From Ignavibacteriaceae bacterium (lineage in GTDB: Bacteria > Bacteroidota > Ignavibacteria > Ignavibacteriales > Ignavibacteriaceae): 64,000 nt of DNA. The position numbers and the translations under genes were made by a program. The stretch spans positions 1,556,219-1,620,218 of the forward strand of contig OY761615.1 in assembly GCA_963664845.1 (NCBI GenBank). Direction: 5' to 3'. The first letter of the stretch is position 1. Each line of letters begins with the position of its first letter. Below, piece by piece: positions 29,113 through 39,306 of this stretch. Below the pieces are notes generated by a model, which ran no database searches, had not been told where the DNA came from, and worked only from the letters and a program-made list of their open reading frames with translations.

Positions 29113-30456
29113 ATGGATCAGAGTGGAACCCATATGAAAAAGTTCTTTCAGTTCGCTAAATACGAGACCAATCTCAAAACGGAAATACTGGCAGGCATTA
29201 CCACATTCCTGTCATGTATGTATATAATAGTCGTAAATCCGGCCATTGTTGCAACAACCGGGATGCCTTTCAATGGCGTGCTCACGGCAACCATACTGGT
29301 GAGCGCCTTCAGCAGTATACTGATGGGTATCTACGCTAACAATCCGATTCTGGTTGCACCGGGGATGGGGCTTAACACCTTTTTCACGTATTCTGTTGTT
29401 CTGGGAATGGGTGTGAAATGGGAAACCGCCTTGGGTGCAGTATTCTGGTCGGGTATTATCTTTATGATACTTTCCATTCTGAACATCCGGACAAAGATAC
29501 TGAAGGCTATCCCGAAACAAATACGCTATGCACTTGCATCAGGCATAGGGCTTTTCATTTCATTCATCGGCTTTGTCAATGCAAAGTTTATAGTTGGGAA
29601 CGCCGCAACCCTAGTGTCGATCAACAAAATGGATCCCGTTATTATTACTTTTCTTGCCGGGCTGGCCGCGACGTCGCTATTGGTCATCAGAAGAGTGAAA
29701 GGCGGACTTATCATCGGAATTCTCTTCACCACAATCGCAGCCATTCCAATAGGGCGTGTTTGGGGAAATGCTTCAGCAATTAATTTTGGTGTGCCAACCC
29801 TTGTAACGTGGCAAGGTTTTGCATCAATGCCCGATTTCAGTTTAATTGGCAGGCTTGATATAGTCGGCTCACTAACCTTTGACCTGTTCCCGGTGATATT
29901 CGCCTTTGTATTCACGGATATGTTTGATTCCATTTCCACGTTCATTGGTGTATCGGAAGCAGCGGGTTTAGTTGATGATAATGGAGATCCGCGTAACATA
30001 AAGCAGGCGCTCATTGTAGATGCATTTGCCACCGGTATTGCCGGTGTGCTGGGGTCAAGTCCAGGCACCAGTTATATCGAATCAGCAACCGGGGTGAGAG
30101 AAGGCGGTCGGACGGGATTAACCGCCGTTGTAGCAGGGCTCCTGTTTCTGCCCTTCATGTTCCTCTCTCCCCTGCTTTCCATCGTGCCGTCAATTGCTAC
30201 GGCACCGGCGTTGATACTTGTGGGCGTGTTCATGATTCGACCCGTTCTCAAGATCAATTGGAATAAACTGGATGACGCCATCCCGGCGTTCCTGGGAATG
30301 ATATTAATTCCGCTTACCAATTCAATAACGCAGGGTATCGTGTGGAGCTTTCTTGCGTGGACAGTGATAAAACTCTCGTTGGGGAAATGGCAGGAAATAA
30401 GCGTGATGCTTTTAATAATCGATGTCTTTGCAATACTGGCCCTGATCTTACACTGA
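29113..30456 (+). CDS. NCS2-family nucleobase permease (AzgA/PbuG-like purine permease)
   Basis: 447 aa, polytopic. Motifs typical of xanthine/uracil/AzgA permeases (TTFLSCMYIIVVNPAI..., GVSEAAGL.., TSYIESATGV). The true start is possibly M at 29134. Confidence 0.75.
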   Translation: MDQSGTHMKKFFQFAKYETNLKTEILAGITTFLSCMYIIVVNPAIVATTGMPFNGVLTATILVSAFSSILMGIYANNPILVAPGMGLNTFFTYSVVLGMGVKWETALGAVFWSGIIFMILSILNIRTKILKAIPKQIRYALASGIGLFISFIGFVNAKFIVGNAATLVSINKMDPVIITFLAGLAATSLLVIRRVKGGLIIGILFTTIAAIPIGRVWGNASAINFGVPTLVTWQGFASMPDFSLIGRLDIVGSLTFDLFPVIFAFVFTDMFDSISTFIGVSEAAGLVDDNGDPRNIKQALIVDAFATGIAGVLGSSPGTSYIESATGVREGGRTGLTAVVAGLLFLPFMFLSPLLSIVPSIATAPALILVGVFMIRPVLKINWNKLDDAIPAFLGMILIPLTNSITQGIVWSFLAWTVIKLSLGKWQEISVMLLIIDVFAILALILH

Positions 30457-30520
30457 TAAGCTTTCAGATAAATCAGAGTTCCTTAACCGGGGAAACCGGG
30501 CATAGTCTTCTAACGGTGCC

Positions 30521-30736
30521 TTATTTCTTTTTGCCAAAAATGAAAAGTGCACGGGAGATTATCTCCCAGAGAACAAAGAAATAGAATAGCACAACCAGAA
30601 AATCCGTATAGAACAGAGGCCAGAACAGGAACCCCAGTACCGGGAACACAAATATGCCCGCGGCAATGGTGAAGTAGATTAGTTTGGAACGGCGATAATC
30701 TTCTTTGAGTCTGGTTCGGAATTCTGTTATGGTCAA
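30521..30736 (-). CDS. small membrane protein (71 aa, 2 TM) downstream of flotillin
   Basis: Hydrophobic ORF in an operon position after the flotillin gene. Confidence 0.35.
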   Translation of the reverse strand: MTITEFRTRLKEDYRRSKLIYFTIAAGIFVFPVLGFLFWPLFYTDFLVVLFYFFVLWEIISRALFIFGKKK

Positions 30737-30970
30737 TTGATGAACTCATTCGGTTTGTAAGTAAATTGTAAGAACACTTGTAATTTGCGTAAAATGCGGG
30801 TGTTTGACAATGAGAATATGTATAAGATTTTTCCTGGTGTATGTTTCAGGAAATATACCAATCCCGCGTCCTTCATTATACTCCCGGAAGGCGAATGGGA
30901 AAAGCCGCAAAGCAATTCCGGAACAAATCCGAAGAAAACGTTACGGCTTAACTCACTATTTAATGATTGA

Positions 30971-33031
30971 TCAGGGCTTCTCAGTTTTCTCCGGCATTTG
31001 GCCTTTGGCAATTATATTGGTCAGGAATGCAGAGAGCAGTCCGCCAATATTTTCACCGCCCTGCACCAGGAAGTCCGGAGTAACCTTAATGTTGCCGGCT
31101 GCAATTTGTTTGGCGATTTCGATGGCCGTAACACCCTGCTGCCCAACTGCCTTGTTCTGCAGTTCATATGCTTTTGCTGTCGATTCACCAATTGCAAGTA
31201 TCCGCGCACCTTCGGCCTCACCTTTCGCCCTGATACCCTTGGCTTCGCCTTCCGCTTTCAGGCGTATACTCTCGGCATCACCTTCTGCAAAGCGAATTGC
31301 TTTTTGTTTGTTCTGTTCGGCAATCTTAACACCGATCTCGGCTTCAACCAGGTTTTTCTGCTGATCAGCTTCGGCATGGGTTTTCTCAGTGGCAATGCGT
31401 GCCTGTTCAGCCTGCTGCTGGTCGAAATACATTGCCTGCTGTTGTTGTGCAATTATTTTCATGGTTTGTGTATCCATCAATTCCTGCGGCAGCATTATTT
31501 GGCAGATGAGTACAGAGACGCATTCAACGTGATATTTTTCCAACTCGCCGCGGGCCCTGTCTTCTGCTTTCCTCTGTTCTTCCTGACGGTCCTGCATGAA
31601 GTTCATCGCAGAAGTTGAGGATGCCTGATTCCGGAAACTGGAGTCGATCATGGGGTGAATAACATGCTGGATCAGATTTTCAACGGAACCAATTTTGGCA
31701 ACCATATAGGGGGCCTGATCCGGACGAATTCGTATAACAACTTTCACGGATACGCTTATTGCAAAACCATCACGTGAAATAACCCTAAGCGGATCAAAAC
31801 GGGTTTCCTTTGAATCGTCCCAATCGATGGTAATGTTCGTGGTATCGACAATATATACGATATACGCGCGACGGTTCAGATAATAGAAACCTGGGCCGGC
31901 TACTTCCTGCTGAATTCCCCGGAAACCCTTGGGCACTACATAACGCTCAATACCCCTGTCAAACCGGGCTTCAATTTCTTTATAGGCGTCGCTTCCAGGC
32001 ACTGCATTTTCTTTAAGTGCCGTTTCAGCTATCAGCCTTTTTATCTGTGTAGGTTCTTCACCAACGTTCGAGACCACCACGGCAACCTGTCCACGCTGAA
32101 CCACGGCAACCTCGTCAAGTTCCACCTTGAAGATCATTGGGTTAATATAATACGTTCCCGGTTTCAATACATCAAATTGCGGACCACGCTGTCCACCGGC
32201 TTCCAGAAAGTTTGAGGCATTCTGAAAATCGTTGTGTGTTGATACAGGCTTCGCGACGAATTCGTCCGGAGGAAGCGGCTCTCCATCCAGTGCTGTTACC
32301 AGCCCAACGCTGTTAGCCGGGATAATCGTGGCTGTTTGAATTTCAACGTGGAATAAATCAGTGTTTATACGATAGGTACCGGGAAGCAGGATATCAATCT
32401 GCGGGCCTTTTTGGCCGCCATTTGCAAGAAAGGAATGCCCGTCTTCAAAATTGGAATGACCTTTCACTTTTTGTGCAAGAAGCCTGCCTGACGGAATCGA
32501 TTGCCCATCCATGGAAGTGATCAATCCGATCTTTCCTTTATCTATAATTATTGCTTTCTCCAACCGGACTTTGAATATGGCCGGATTAATCCGGTACATT
32601 CCCGGAGGGAGAATTTCAATCTGCGGTCCTTTTTCTCCACCCTGTAGAAGAAAGTTTTCTGCATCCTGAAATGAATTATGTCCCTCTACAACTTTGGCAA
32701 AAATCCGGCCAGGGGAAACGGGTGTTCCGTCAATGGATTCAACAATGCCAACTTCATTTTCGGCGACTGAAGCGAAGGGCAGTTTTTTTACTTTGTACAA
32801 AAAAGGGATAAGAAAATGGAGTCCCGGCCCAAGAGTTCTTGCCTGAATACCAATTTCGTTCGCGAGAGCTATTACTCTTCCCTGAGGAAGATTGACGCCA
32901 AGAAAGCGCCTCTCAAGAACGGCTATTTGAGTTCCACCCACAACAACAATGGTTTTAATGAGGATGATGAGAAGTACTACGATCAATACGATCAGCAAAA
33001 CAGAATAAGCACTGAGAGCTTGAGGTTCCAT
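30971..33031 (-). CDS. flotillin/SPFH (Band 7) family protein with triplicated N-terminal repeat
   Basis: 686 aa. N-terminal TM, then three ~100-aa repeats sharing G-H/T-x-x-F-x-D..NFL..GG.KGPQ..L.PG.Y.IN...F.V. An SPFH core follows (FDPLRVISRDGFAISVSVKVVIRI), then an EA-rich coiled coil (AEGEAKGIRAKGEAEGARI). Confidence 0.7.
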   Translation of the reverse strand: MEPQALSAYSVLLIVLIVVLLIILIKTIVVVGGTQIAVLERRFLGVNLPQGRVIALANEIGIQARTLGPGLHFLIPFLYKVKKLPFASVAENEVGIVESIDGTPVSPGRIFAKVVEGHNSFQDAENFLLQGGEKGPQIEILPPGMYRINPAIFKVRLEKAIIIDKGKIGLITSMDGQSIPSGRLLAQKVKGHSNFEDGHSFLANGGQKGPQIDILLPGTYRINTDLFHVEIQTATIIPANSVGLVTALDGEPLPPDEFVAKPVSTHNDFQNASNFLEAGGQRGPQFDVLKPGTYYINPMIFKVELDEVAVVQRGQVAVVVSNVGEEPTQIKRLIAETALKENAVPGSDAYKEIEARFDRGIERYVVPKGFRGIQQEVAGPGFYYLNRRAYIVYIVDTTNITIDWDDSKETRFDPLRVISRDGFAISVSVKVVIRIRPDQAPYMVAKIGSVENLIQHVIHPMIDSSFRNQASSTSAMNFMQDRQEEQRKAEDRARGELEKYHVECVSVLICQIMLPQELMDTQTMKIIAQQQQAMYFDQQQAEQARIATEKTHAEADQQKNLVEAEIGVKIAEQNKQKAIRFAEGDAESIRLKAEGEAKGIRAKGEAEGARILAIGESTAKAYELQNKAVGQQGVTAIEIAKQIAAGNIKVTPDFLVQGGENIGGLLSAFLTNIIAKGQMPEKTEKP

Positions 33032-33355
33032 AACGATCCCTGAATGTTTTGTGAAATAAATTCACAGGAAAATTAGCAAATGGATTATGGAAAAACAAAA
33101 TCATGGCAAAGGAGTATTCGGAAAGGACGGGATTCAATAGGCAGGAGATTAAAATTTTAAGCCCCTGCAAAGGATTTGCAACCACAAAATGATTGCCGGC
33201 TCAATGGACAATTGGCAAATCATCCTTAGCCCGAAAACACATGGCCTGGAAGGTGATGCACAAATTCTGTATATTACCGATAGGTGAAAAATGATTAATT
33301 CCGGCATTTCACCGGAATAAAACTTAAAACGACCTTATAATAAAAAGGACTTGCT

Positions 33356-34462
33356 ATGAGAGCAAAACATTTATTCCTTGCTGCAATGCTATATTGCACC
33401 TTCAACGTAACGCTCTTTGCGCAGCCCGAACAACACACCGGGAAACTGCTAAGAAATATTCGTTCCTATAATCAGGAAAAGTTCAAAAGAGATAATATAC
33501 AGAGTTTTACCTCCTATAATTGCGGTGAGTATGGCGATAAAAAGATCACATACTGCGAGTACAATAAACTTGGACAACTGATCGATTCGATAGGTTACCC
33601 CGATCCGCCGATCCGCGAGCTTTTCCAGAAACAACTGTCTCTTGGACTGAAAGTTGATTCCTCGTATATCGTTGATGATGAGTTGGTGGCATACCGATAT
33701 CGTTTCCTCTATAATAAGAAAGGGCTGCGTATTAAGACGGAAGCGCACATAGCACGACCCTCGCCCAAGTATGATTTGCTTAACTTCTCGGATATGATGA
33801 TGGTATATATGTATGACAGTACAGATAAACTTGTAAGGGTAACAGCTACATCCCCGGCTGGGATCAAAGTGCAAGAGGACACGTATACGTATGATAATTC
33901 CGGAAATGTTATTGAATGGAAACAATTCAAGTCAGGCTCTCCAAGAAATTTCACCTGCAAATACACGTTTGATGAGCGGAATAATCTGACAGAATATTAC
34001 AAAGTCGATGCCGCTGGCGATTTCGTGGCTAAGGAGCGCAACACTTTTGATGTGAACGGTAATCTGAAGAGTTGGGAGGACATATCAAAATCCGGGGTGA
34101 CCCTCTACCGGAAGGATTTCACGTACGACAGTTTTGGCAATATGGTTGAGGCACTTGGTTTTCTGGAAGGAGAAGAGTTTGACAGCAAGTTGCAGAGAGT
34201 GTTTGACGCAAACGGTAATATTACGCAAACAATTGCTTCCCGCGGAAGAATAACTTATGCAGGAGATTTCAGGTTCCGGGATGTTTTCACTGAAAACTTC
34301 AGCTACAATGAAAGCGGCACCATCATCCGGGTTGAGCGGGTGCATAAACGGTTTAGATCGGAACATAAAGAAGAAGTGCAGTATGATGAAAGCGGTAACA
34401 TCGTGATCCGGAATGATTCTGAAGGTGGATGTGTTGCTTACGCGTACGCGTATTTTGAATAG
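33356..34462 (+). CDS. secreted hypothetical protein with YD/RHS-like short repeats
   Basis: 368 aa with a signal peptide (LFLAAMLYCTFNVTLFA). Recurring YxYDxxGN, FDVNGNL and FDANGNI motifs. Confidence 0.45.
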   Translation: MRAKHLFLAAMLYCTFNVTLFAQPEQHTGKLLRNIRSYNQEKFKRDNIQSFTSYNCGEYGDKKITYCEYNKLGQLIDSIGYPDPPIRELFQKQLSLGLKVDSSYIVDDELVAYRYRFLYNKKGLRIKTEAHIARPSPKYDLLNFSDMMMVYMYDSTDKLVRVTATSPAGIKVQEDTYTYDNSGNVIEWKQFKSGSPRNFTCKYTFDERNNLTEYYKVDAAGDFVAKERNTFDVNGNLKSWEDISKSGVTLYRKDFTYDSFGNMVEALGFLEGEEFDSKLQRVFDANGNITQTIASRGRITYAGDFRFRDVFTENFSYNESGTIIRVERVHKRFRSEHKEEVQYDESGNIVIRNDSEGGCVAYAYAYFE

Positions 34463-34494
34463 GAATGATTCGGTCATGTTTGCTCATATCAATA

Positions 34495-34529
34495 AACGCA
34501 AAATGGCTGCCCGGTTGGGACAGCCATTT
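34495..34529. terminator. palindromic bidirectional terminator element (copy 1)
   Basis: AAAATGGCTGCCCggttGGGACAGCCATTTT, placed between convergent genes. A near-identical copy lies at 35556-35590. Confidence 0.65.
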
Positions 34530-34719
34530 TGCAGTAAAAGATCACTGATAGTATCTGTATCAGGAAAAGAGAGCCGGTTTTAAATCGTGTGTTTCGCACT
34601 AATACCGGTAAATACATTGATACAGTTGCCCATTTGTCTAACAGTAACCTTCACTGTTTTGCACCACAGTTTCAATAAAAATCATATCTGACAATAACAC
34701 CGGTCAATTTTAATTTGAA

Positions 34720-35181
34720 TTAGGTAGCCAAGGAAGTATCTTGTTGTTTGGCATTTGCCCATTTGACTTGCCTCTCAGTGTTTTGCTTCGCCAGTTCCAA
34801 CATATTCCTGCTGGACAGTTGCTCTTTCAAATGCTTTTGTGTTTCAGCCCAGATTAAATGAATTGAACAGTAGTTATCGCGCGGACAAAAATCCTTGTTC
34901 AACATGCATTTATTTAGTCCTATTTTTCCTTCTACGGCTTCAACAATATGCAGCGGCGTAATTTGCTCCGGATCAATATTTAAGCGAATGCCACCGCCAT
35001 TTCCTTTTTGGCCAGTAATGTACCCTGCCTTTTTCAGGAGCAGAATAATTTGCCGGAGAAAATTTTCCGGAATATCGTTGACCGATGCCAATTCCGCAAT
35101 TTTAATTTTGTTATCCGGCGGGAATGATGCCAAGTAAAGCATAGCCCGCAAAGCATATTCGCCGGTCATAGTCAGTTGCAT
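34720..35181 (-). CDS. Rrf2-family transcriptional regulator (IscR/NsrR-like, 3-Cys)
   Basis: 153 aa. N-terminal wHTH MQLTMTGEYALRAMLYLA, plus the cysteine cluster LNKCMLNKDFCPRDNYCSIH. Confidence 0.8.
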   Translation of the reverse strand: MQLTMTGEYALRAMLYLASFPPDNKIKIAELASVNDIPENFLRQIILLLKKAGYITGQKGNGGGIRLNIDPEQITPLHIVEAVEGKIGLNKCMLNKDFCPRDNYCSIHLIWAETQKHLKEQLSSRNMLELAKQNTERQVKWANAKQQDTSLAT

Positions 35182-35555
35182 TGAAAAATCCCGTAGTGTG
35201 ATAAAACCACAACAAGTTCGTATTCAAATATGATAAATTTTGTCATATTAAAAAATGTTTTTTTACTTTTTTTCATTTGGGCCTAAAAACTACCACAAAA
35301 ATCAAATTTTGAGCTGTTTTCGAAGGAATCACCGTTAAAAACATATATATATATATTCAAATTTAATAATAGCCGGCTAATAGCAACCTGTGAAGTATCA
35401 GATGCTGAGTTTAACGATTGGATCGGTATCCACAATTTGTCTGGGAGATGAGTGGTGAAGCAAAACCCCTAAGATTGAAAGGGACTTTAACCGGTCGTTC
35501 TTCAAACATAACCGGAATTTCCTGCAAGCTGACCTACCCCTTCCTGCTTCATTGA

Positions 35556-35590
35556 AAAAATGGCTGCCCCGGGGACAGCCATTTTGAAAT
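35556..35590 (-). terminator. rho-independent terminator after cydB (copy 2 of the palindromic element)
   Basis: AAAAATGGCTGCCCCGGGGACAGCCATTTT. On the minus strand the stem is followed by T6. Confidence 0.7.
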
Positions 35591-35682
35591 AGAAAGCGTA
35601 CAAGGTCTGAATTATAAAGCAAGAGTTGTTAGCAGGTCCTCCGTTTCTCTCGGTGGAGGTATATCAATGACTCAGTTGTTCA

Positions 35683-36696
35683 TCAATAACTGTCACGCGA
35701 AAGCACTACCTTACCTTTAAAGACCCGATAAACAAATATGGTATATCCAATAACAATGGGCATACCAATTAAAGCGATGACCAGCATTGTTCCCAAAGTT
35801 CTTTGCGTTGAACATGCATTATAAATTGTCAGACTGTATGTGAGATCTATGCTTGAAGGTACAAGCCTCGGGAACAGGCTCAACGCGGTCAGGAGGATCA
35901 TACAGGCTATTGTTGCAGATGAAGCAATAAATGCAAGCTTGTTCTTCCCTGATTTCAGTCCAATCGGAATATAGAGGATTGAGGCAAACAGCACGACAAA
36001 CAAAATCCAGAACAATGGATTCTTAAGCACCGACGAGAACAGATAGGTGGCACTGAATAGCGTGAGAACAGTTGCCAGGACGTACAGGACAACAAAAACA
36101 ATCCAAACATTATTAGCCAAAGCAATCATTTTTGTTTTTTGCTTATCCGGGCTTTTAAGAGATAAATAGATTGCACCATGCAACAGAAACATTGACAGAC
36201 TAACCAATCCAACAACAATTGAGTACGGATTTAAAAGTCCAAAGAAGTTACCCCGAAAAATACCGGCACTGTCAATCGGCATTCCTCTGAGAACATTTCC
36301 AATAGCAACACCATAGAGGATTGCCGGGAGCAAAGATCCAACTCCGAAGGCTACATCCCAGAATTTTTTCTGACCCGGATCAGCGTATTTGCGAAACTCA
36401 AAGGAGACGGCACGAAAGATCAGAGCCGCCAGAAGAAGCATGAAGGCCAGATAAAAAGCACTGAACGCAGTGGCATAAACTATGGGGAAAGCTGCAAAAA
36501 GAGCGCCACCACCGGTTAGCAACCACACTTCATTGCCATCCCATACCGGCCCAATAGCATTGAAATTAACGCGCTTTTCATTCTCATCTTTGGTAAAAAG
36601 ATGGATAATTCCGACTCCAAGATCAAATCCATCAAGAACAGCATACCCGATTATCAGTACGCCGACCAAGAGAAACCATATTAAATTCAAATCCAT
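35683..36696 (-). CDS. cydB: cytochrome bd ubiquinol oxidase subunit II
   Basis: 337 aa, polytopic. Sequence is CydB-typical (MDLNLIWFLLVGVLIIGYAVLDGFDLGVGI...). Abuts the cydA stop. Confidence 0.85.
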   Translation of the reverse strand: MDLNLIWFLLVGVLIIGYAVLDGFDLGVGIIHLFTKDENEKRVNFNAIGPVWDGNEVWLLTGGGALFAAFPIVYATAFSAFYLAFMLLLAALIFRAVSFEFRKYADPGQKKFWDVAFGVGSLLPAILYGVAIGNVLRGMPIDSAGIFRGNFFGLLNPYSIVVGLVSLSMFLLHGAIYLSLKSPDKQKTKMIALANNVWIVFVVLYVLATVLTLFSATYLFSSVLKNPLFWILFVVLFASILYIPIGLKSGKNKLAFIASSATIACMILLTALSLFPRLVPSSIDLTYSLTIYNACSTQRTLGTMLVIALIGMPIVIGYTIFVYRVFKGKVVLSRDSY

Positions 36697-38027
36697 TAGT
36701 TACCTCCATTCTCCAAGACTGATTCAAAACCGTGATTTATTTTTTTCTTCAGAAGGACTATCAATGTATAGAGCAACACAACATAAATCAGTGCAATCAG
36801 CACCAACGAGATCAGGATTTCAACCGTACCTACGGTTATCGAAACTGCACTACTCGTCCGCATTAAATTATACACAATCCAAGGCTGCCTTCCTACTTCT
36901 GCTGCGATCCAACCGAGCTGGCAAGCTATAAGCGGCAAAGGTATTGACCAAGTGAGCACTTTCAATAGTTTCGTACTTTGCCATAAGGAACCGCGATAGA
37001 GCTTCCAGGCTGCGAATCCCATGATAAAAATGAAATACAGTCCCAGAATGACCATATTGTGATAGGACACAAATGTGAGAAAGAGCGGCGGCAAATTTTC
37101 CTGTGGGAACTCGTTCACGCCTTGAATCCTCGCGTGCGTATCGCCAAAAGCCAGCCAGCTCAGCACACCCGGAATTTCGATTTTTGCATGAAGTTGCGGA
37201 GGATTGTTAGACGGAAATGCAAACAAAGCAACAGGGGCCTCGGTTTGCGAGGTATACAGTCCCATCAATGCGGCAAATTTCTCCGGTTGGGTTCTTGCAA
37301 CCTGACGACCATGCTCGTGACCCAGCGGGAATACTTCAAGAACGGAGACCAGCAGTCCGAAAATCACTGCAAACCGAATGGCTTTTTTTGCGATCTCCGG
37401 TTGCAAACCTTTTCTAAACATATACGCGGAAATGCCAGCCATAAGGAACGCTCCTGAAATGAGAGCAGCGTCTACTGTATGAAAGAACCTGGGCAGCGTA
37501 GACGGATTAAAGACAGCAGCCATGAAATCAGTTAACTCGGCCCGGTTATTTAGCAGTGTGTATCCTGCTGGAGTCTGCTGCCATGAATTTGCAACAATGA
37601 TCCAAAATGCTGATATGGTAGCGCCGACGGCGACCATTAAAGAGGAAAACCAATGTACGCCTTTGGAAACTCTTCCCCGCCCAAAGATGTATAAGCCAAG
37701 AAATGTTGATTCGAGGAAAAAGGCAAACACTCCCTCAGCAGCAAGCGGAGCACCAAAAATATCTCCCACAAATTTCGAATATTCCGACCAGTTAGTGCCA
37801 AACTGAAATTCCATAACAATGCCAGTAGCCACACCCACTGCAAATATCAATCCCAGAATTTTTCCAAAGAAATTTCCTATTGTTTGAAAAACGGCGTCTT
37901 GTTTCTTCCAACCAATGGCTTCTATAATACAAATCATCCAGCCGAGTCCAATGGTAAGAGGGGGAAACAGAAAATGAAAACCTATTGTTATAGCAAATTG
38001 AATGCGCGCCAATAGTACTGCATCCAT
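36696..38027 (-). CDS. cydA: cytochrome bd ubiquinol oxidase subunit I
   Basis: 443 aa. N-terminus MDAVLLARIQFAITIGFHFLFPPLTIGLGW and the Q-loop region are diagnostic of CydA. Confidence 0.9.
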   Translation of the reverse strand: MDAVLLARIQFAITIGFHFLFPPLTIGLGWMICIIEAIGWKKQDAVFQTIGNFFGKILGLIFAVGVATGIVMEFQFGTNWSEYSKFVGDIFGAPLAAEGVFAFFLESTFLGLYIFGRGRVSKGVHWFSSLMVAVGATISAFWIIVANSWQQTPAGYTLLNNRAELTDFMAAVFNPSTLPRFFHTVDAALISGAFLMAGISAYMFRKGLQPEIAKKAIRFAVIFGLLVSVLEVFPLGHEHGRQVARTQPEKFAALMGLYTSQTEAPVALFAFPSNNPPQLHAKIEIPGVLSWLAFGDTHARIQGVNEFPQENLPPLFLTFVSYHNMVILGLYFIFIMGFAAWKLYRGSLWQSTKLLKVLTWSIPLPLIACQLGWIAAEVGRQPWIVYNLMRTSSAVSITVGTVEILISLVLIALIYVVLLYTLIVLLKKKINHGFESVLENGGN

Positions 38028-38190
38028 AGGGCATTATTCCTTACTTTAATTTAATCATGCATACTACAGGAGTAAGGTGGTGACCAATACTCCCTATTTA
38101 TTTATCTTCCCACGCCACGCTATTATGATTTACGTCCAATGTTTCTCATAACAGAGCGATACGGGTTAGTTGTCAGATTTTCCAGCTCCG

Positions 38191-38607
38191 TTACTGTGCC
38201 TCTGTGTTTTGCCGGGCGAGTTCAAGCATGTTTTTACCCGATAACTGCTCTTTCAATTGTTTTTGTGCCGCCGCCCATATCAAATGGATTGAGCAATAGT
38301 TGTCACGCGGGCAAAACTCTTTATAGAGCAAACATTTGTTCAATCCAATCTCGCCTTCAACGGCTTCGATTATATGCAACGGCGTAATTTTAGCAGGATC
38401 GATGCTGAGGCGTATTCCACCCCCATTTCCCTTTTGACCCATTATATATCCGGCAGTTTTTAGAAGCAGGATGATTTTCCTGAGAAAATTTTCTGGTATA
38501 TCATTGGCAGCAGCTATTTCCGCTATTTTAAATTTTTTATCAGTGGGAAAGGAACAGATATAAAGCATCGCCCGTAAGGCATATTCACCGGTCATTGTCA
38601 GTTGCAT
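38191..38607 (-). CDS. Rrf2-family transcriptional regulator (paralog of 34720-35181)
   Basis: Start taken at MQLTMTGEYALRAMLYIC. The track's 16-aa N-terminal extension to 38655 is probably spurious. Cysteine cluster LNKCLLYKEFCPRDNYCSIH. About 80% identical to the other Rrf2. Confidence 0.8.
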   Translation of the reverse strand: MQLTMTGEYALRAMLYICSFPTDKKFKIAEIAAANDIPENFLRKIILLLKTAGYIMGQKGNGGGIRLSIDPAKITPLHIIEAVEGEIGLNKCLLYKEFCPRDNYCSIHLIWAAAQKQLKEQLSGKNMLELARQNTEAQ

Positions 38608-38925
38608 AGAAAAAGATCCATTTGTTTTACCAGGAAGTTGCAAGTTCAATGCCAAATAGGATTGATTCTATCTCATTTGAAATACTCCAAAATTGCCGCA
38701 TTTTGCATAATGCTATTTCTTAATAATTAATAAATCGCAAGCAGCTCTCTGTAATAGGACAAATTTTCTCATATTTGAAAAATCGAAAAGAACCTCCGAT
38801 ATACATTTGTGAGCCTTTCATCTTAAATACAGAAAATTATTCTTGACTTCAGTTCAAAATTGATATATATTGTTAGTGTATTATTTATATAGTACAATAA
38901 TTAAAGATTTCACAGAGTTGCCAAA

Positions 38926-39306
38926 ATGATTGATTTCAAACTTGATCCCAAGAGCGGGGTCCCGTATTACAAACAGATTGTCGATCAGATACGCTTCGGT
39001 ATTTCCTCCGGCAATCTCAAAATCGGAGAACAACTTCCCACTGTCCGCGGTCTTGCAGTCCTTCTGAAGATTAACCTCAACACAGTAGCAAAAGCTTACA
39101 AGGAACTTGAAATTCTGCGGGTACTGGAGACTCAGCAGGGAACGGGTACATTCATCAGTATGACGCTTCCCAAAATTGATGCGAAAGAGGCACAGGAAAA
39201 ACTGACCAACATTTGTTCTGAGTTTCTCAGTATCGCATCCGCCTATGGTTTTACTGCAGATGATTTATTGCAAGAGATCAATAAAAGAAAGGATGGCATG
39301 AAATGA
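38926..39306 (+). CDS. GntR-family transcriptional regulator (short YhcF/YtrA-like)
   Basis: 126 aa. wHTH region GEQLPTVRGLAVLLKINLNTVAKAYKELE. Confidence 0.7.
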   Translation: MIDFKLDPKSGVPYYKQIVDQIRFGISSGNLKIGEQLPTVRGLAVLLKINLNTVAKAYKELEILRVLETQQGTGTFISMTLPKIDAKEAQEKLTNICSEFLSIASAYGFTADDLLQEINKRKDGMK

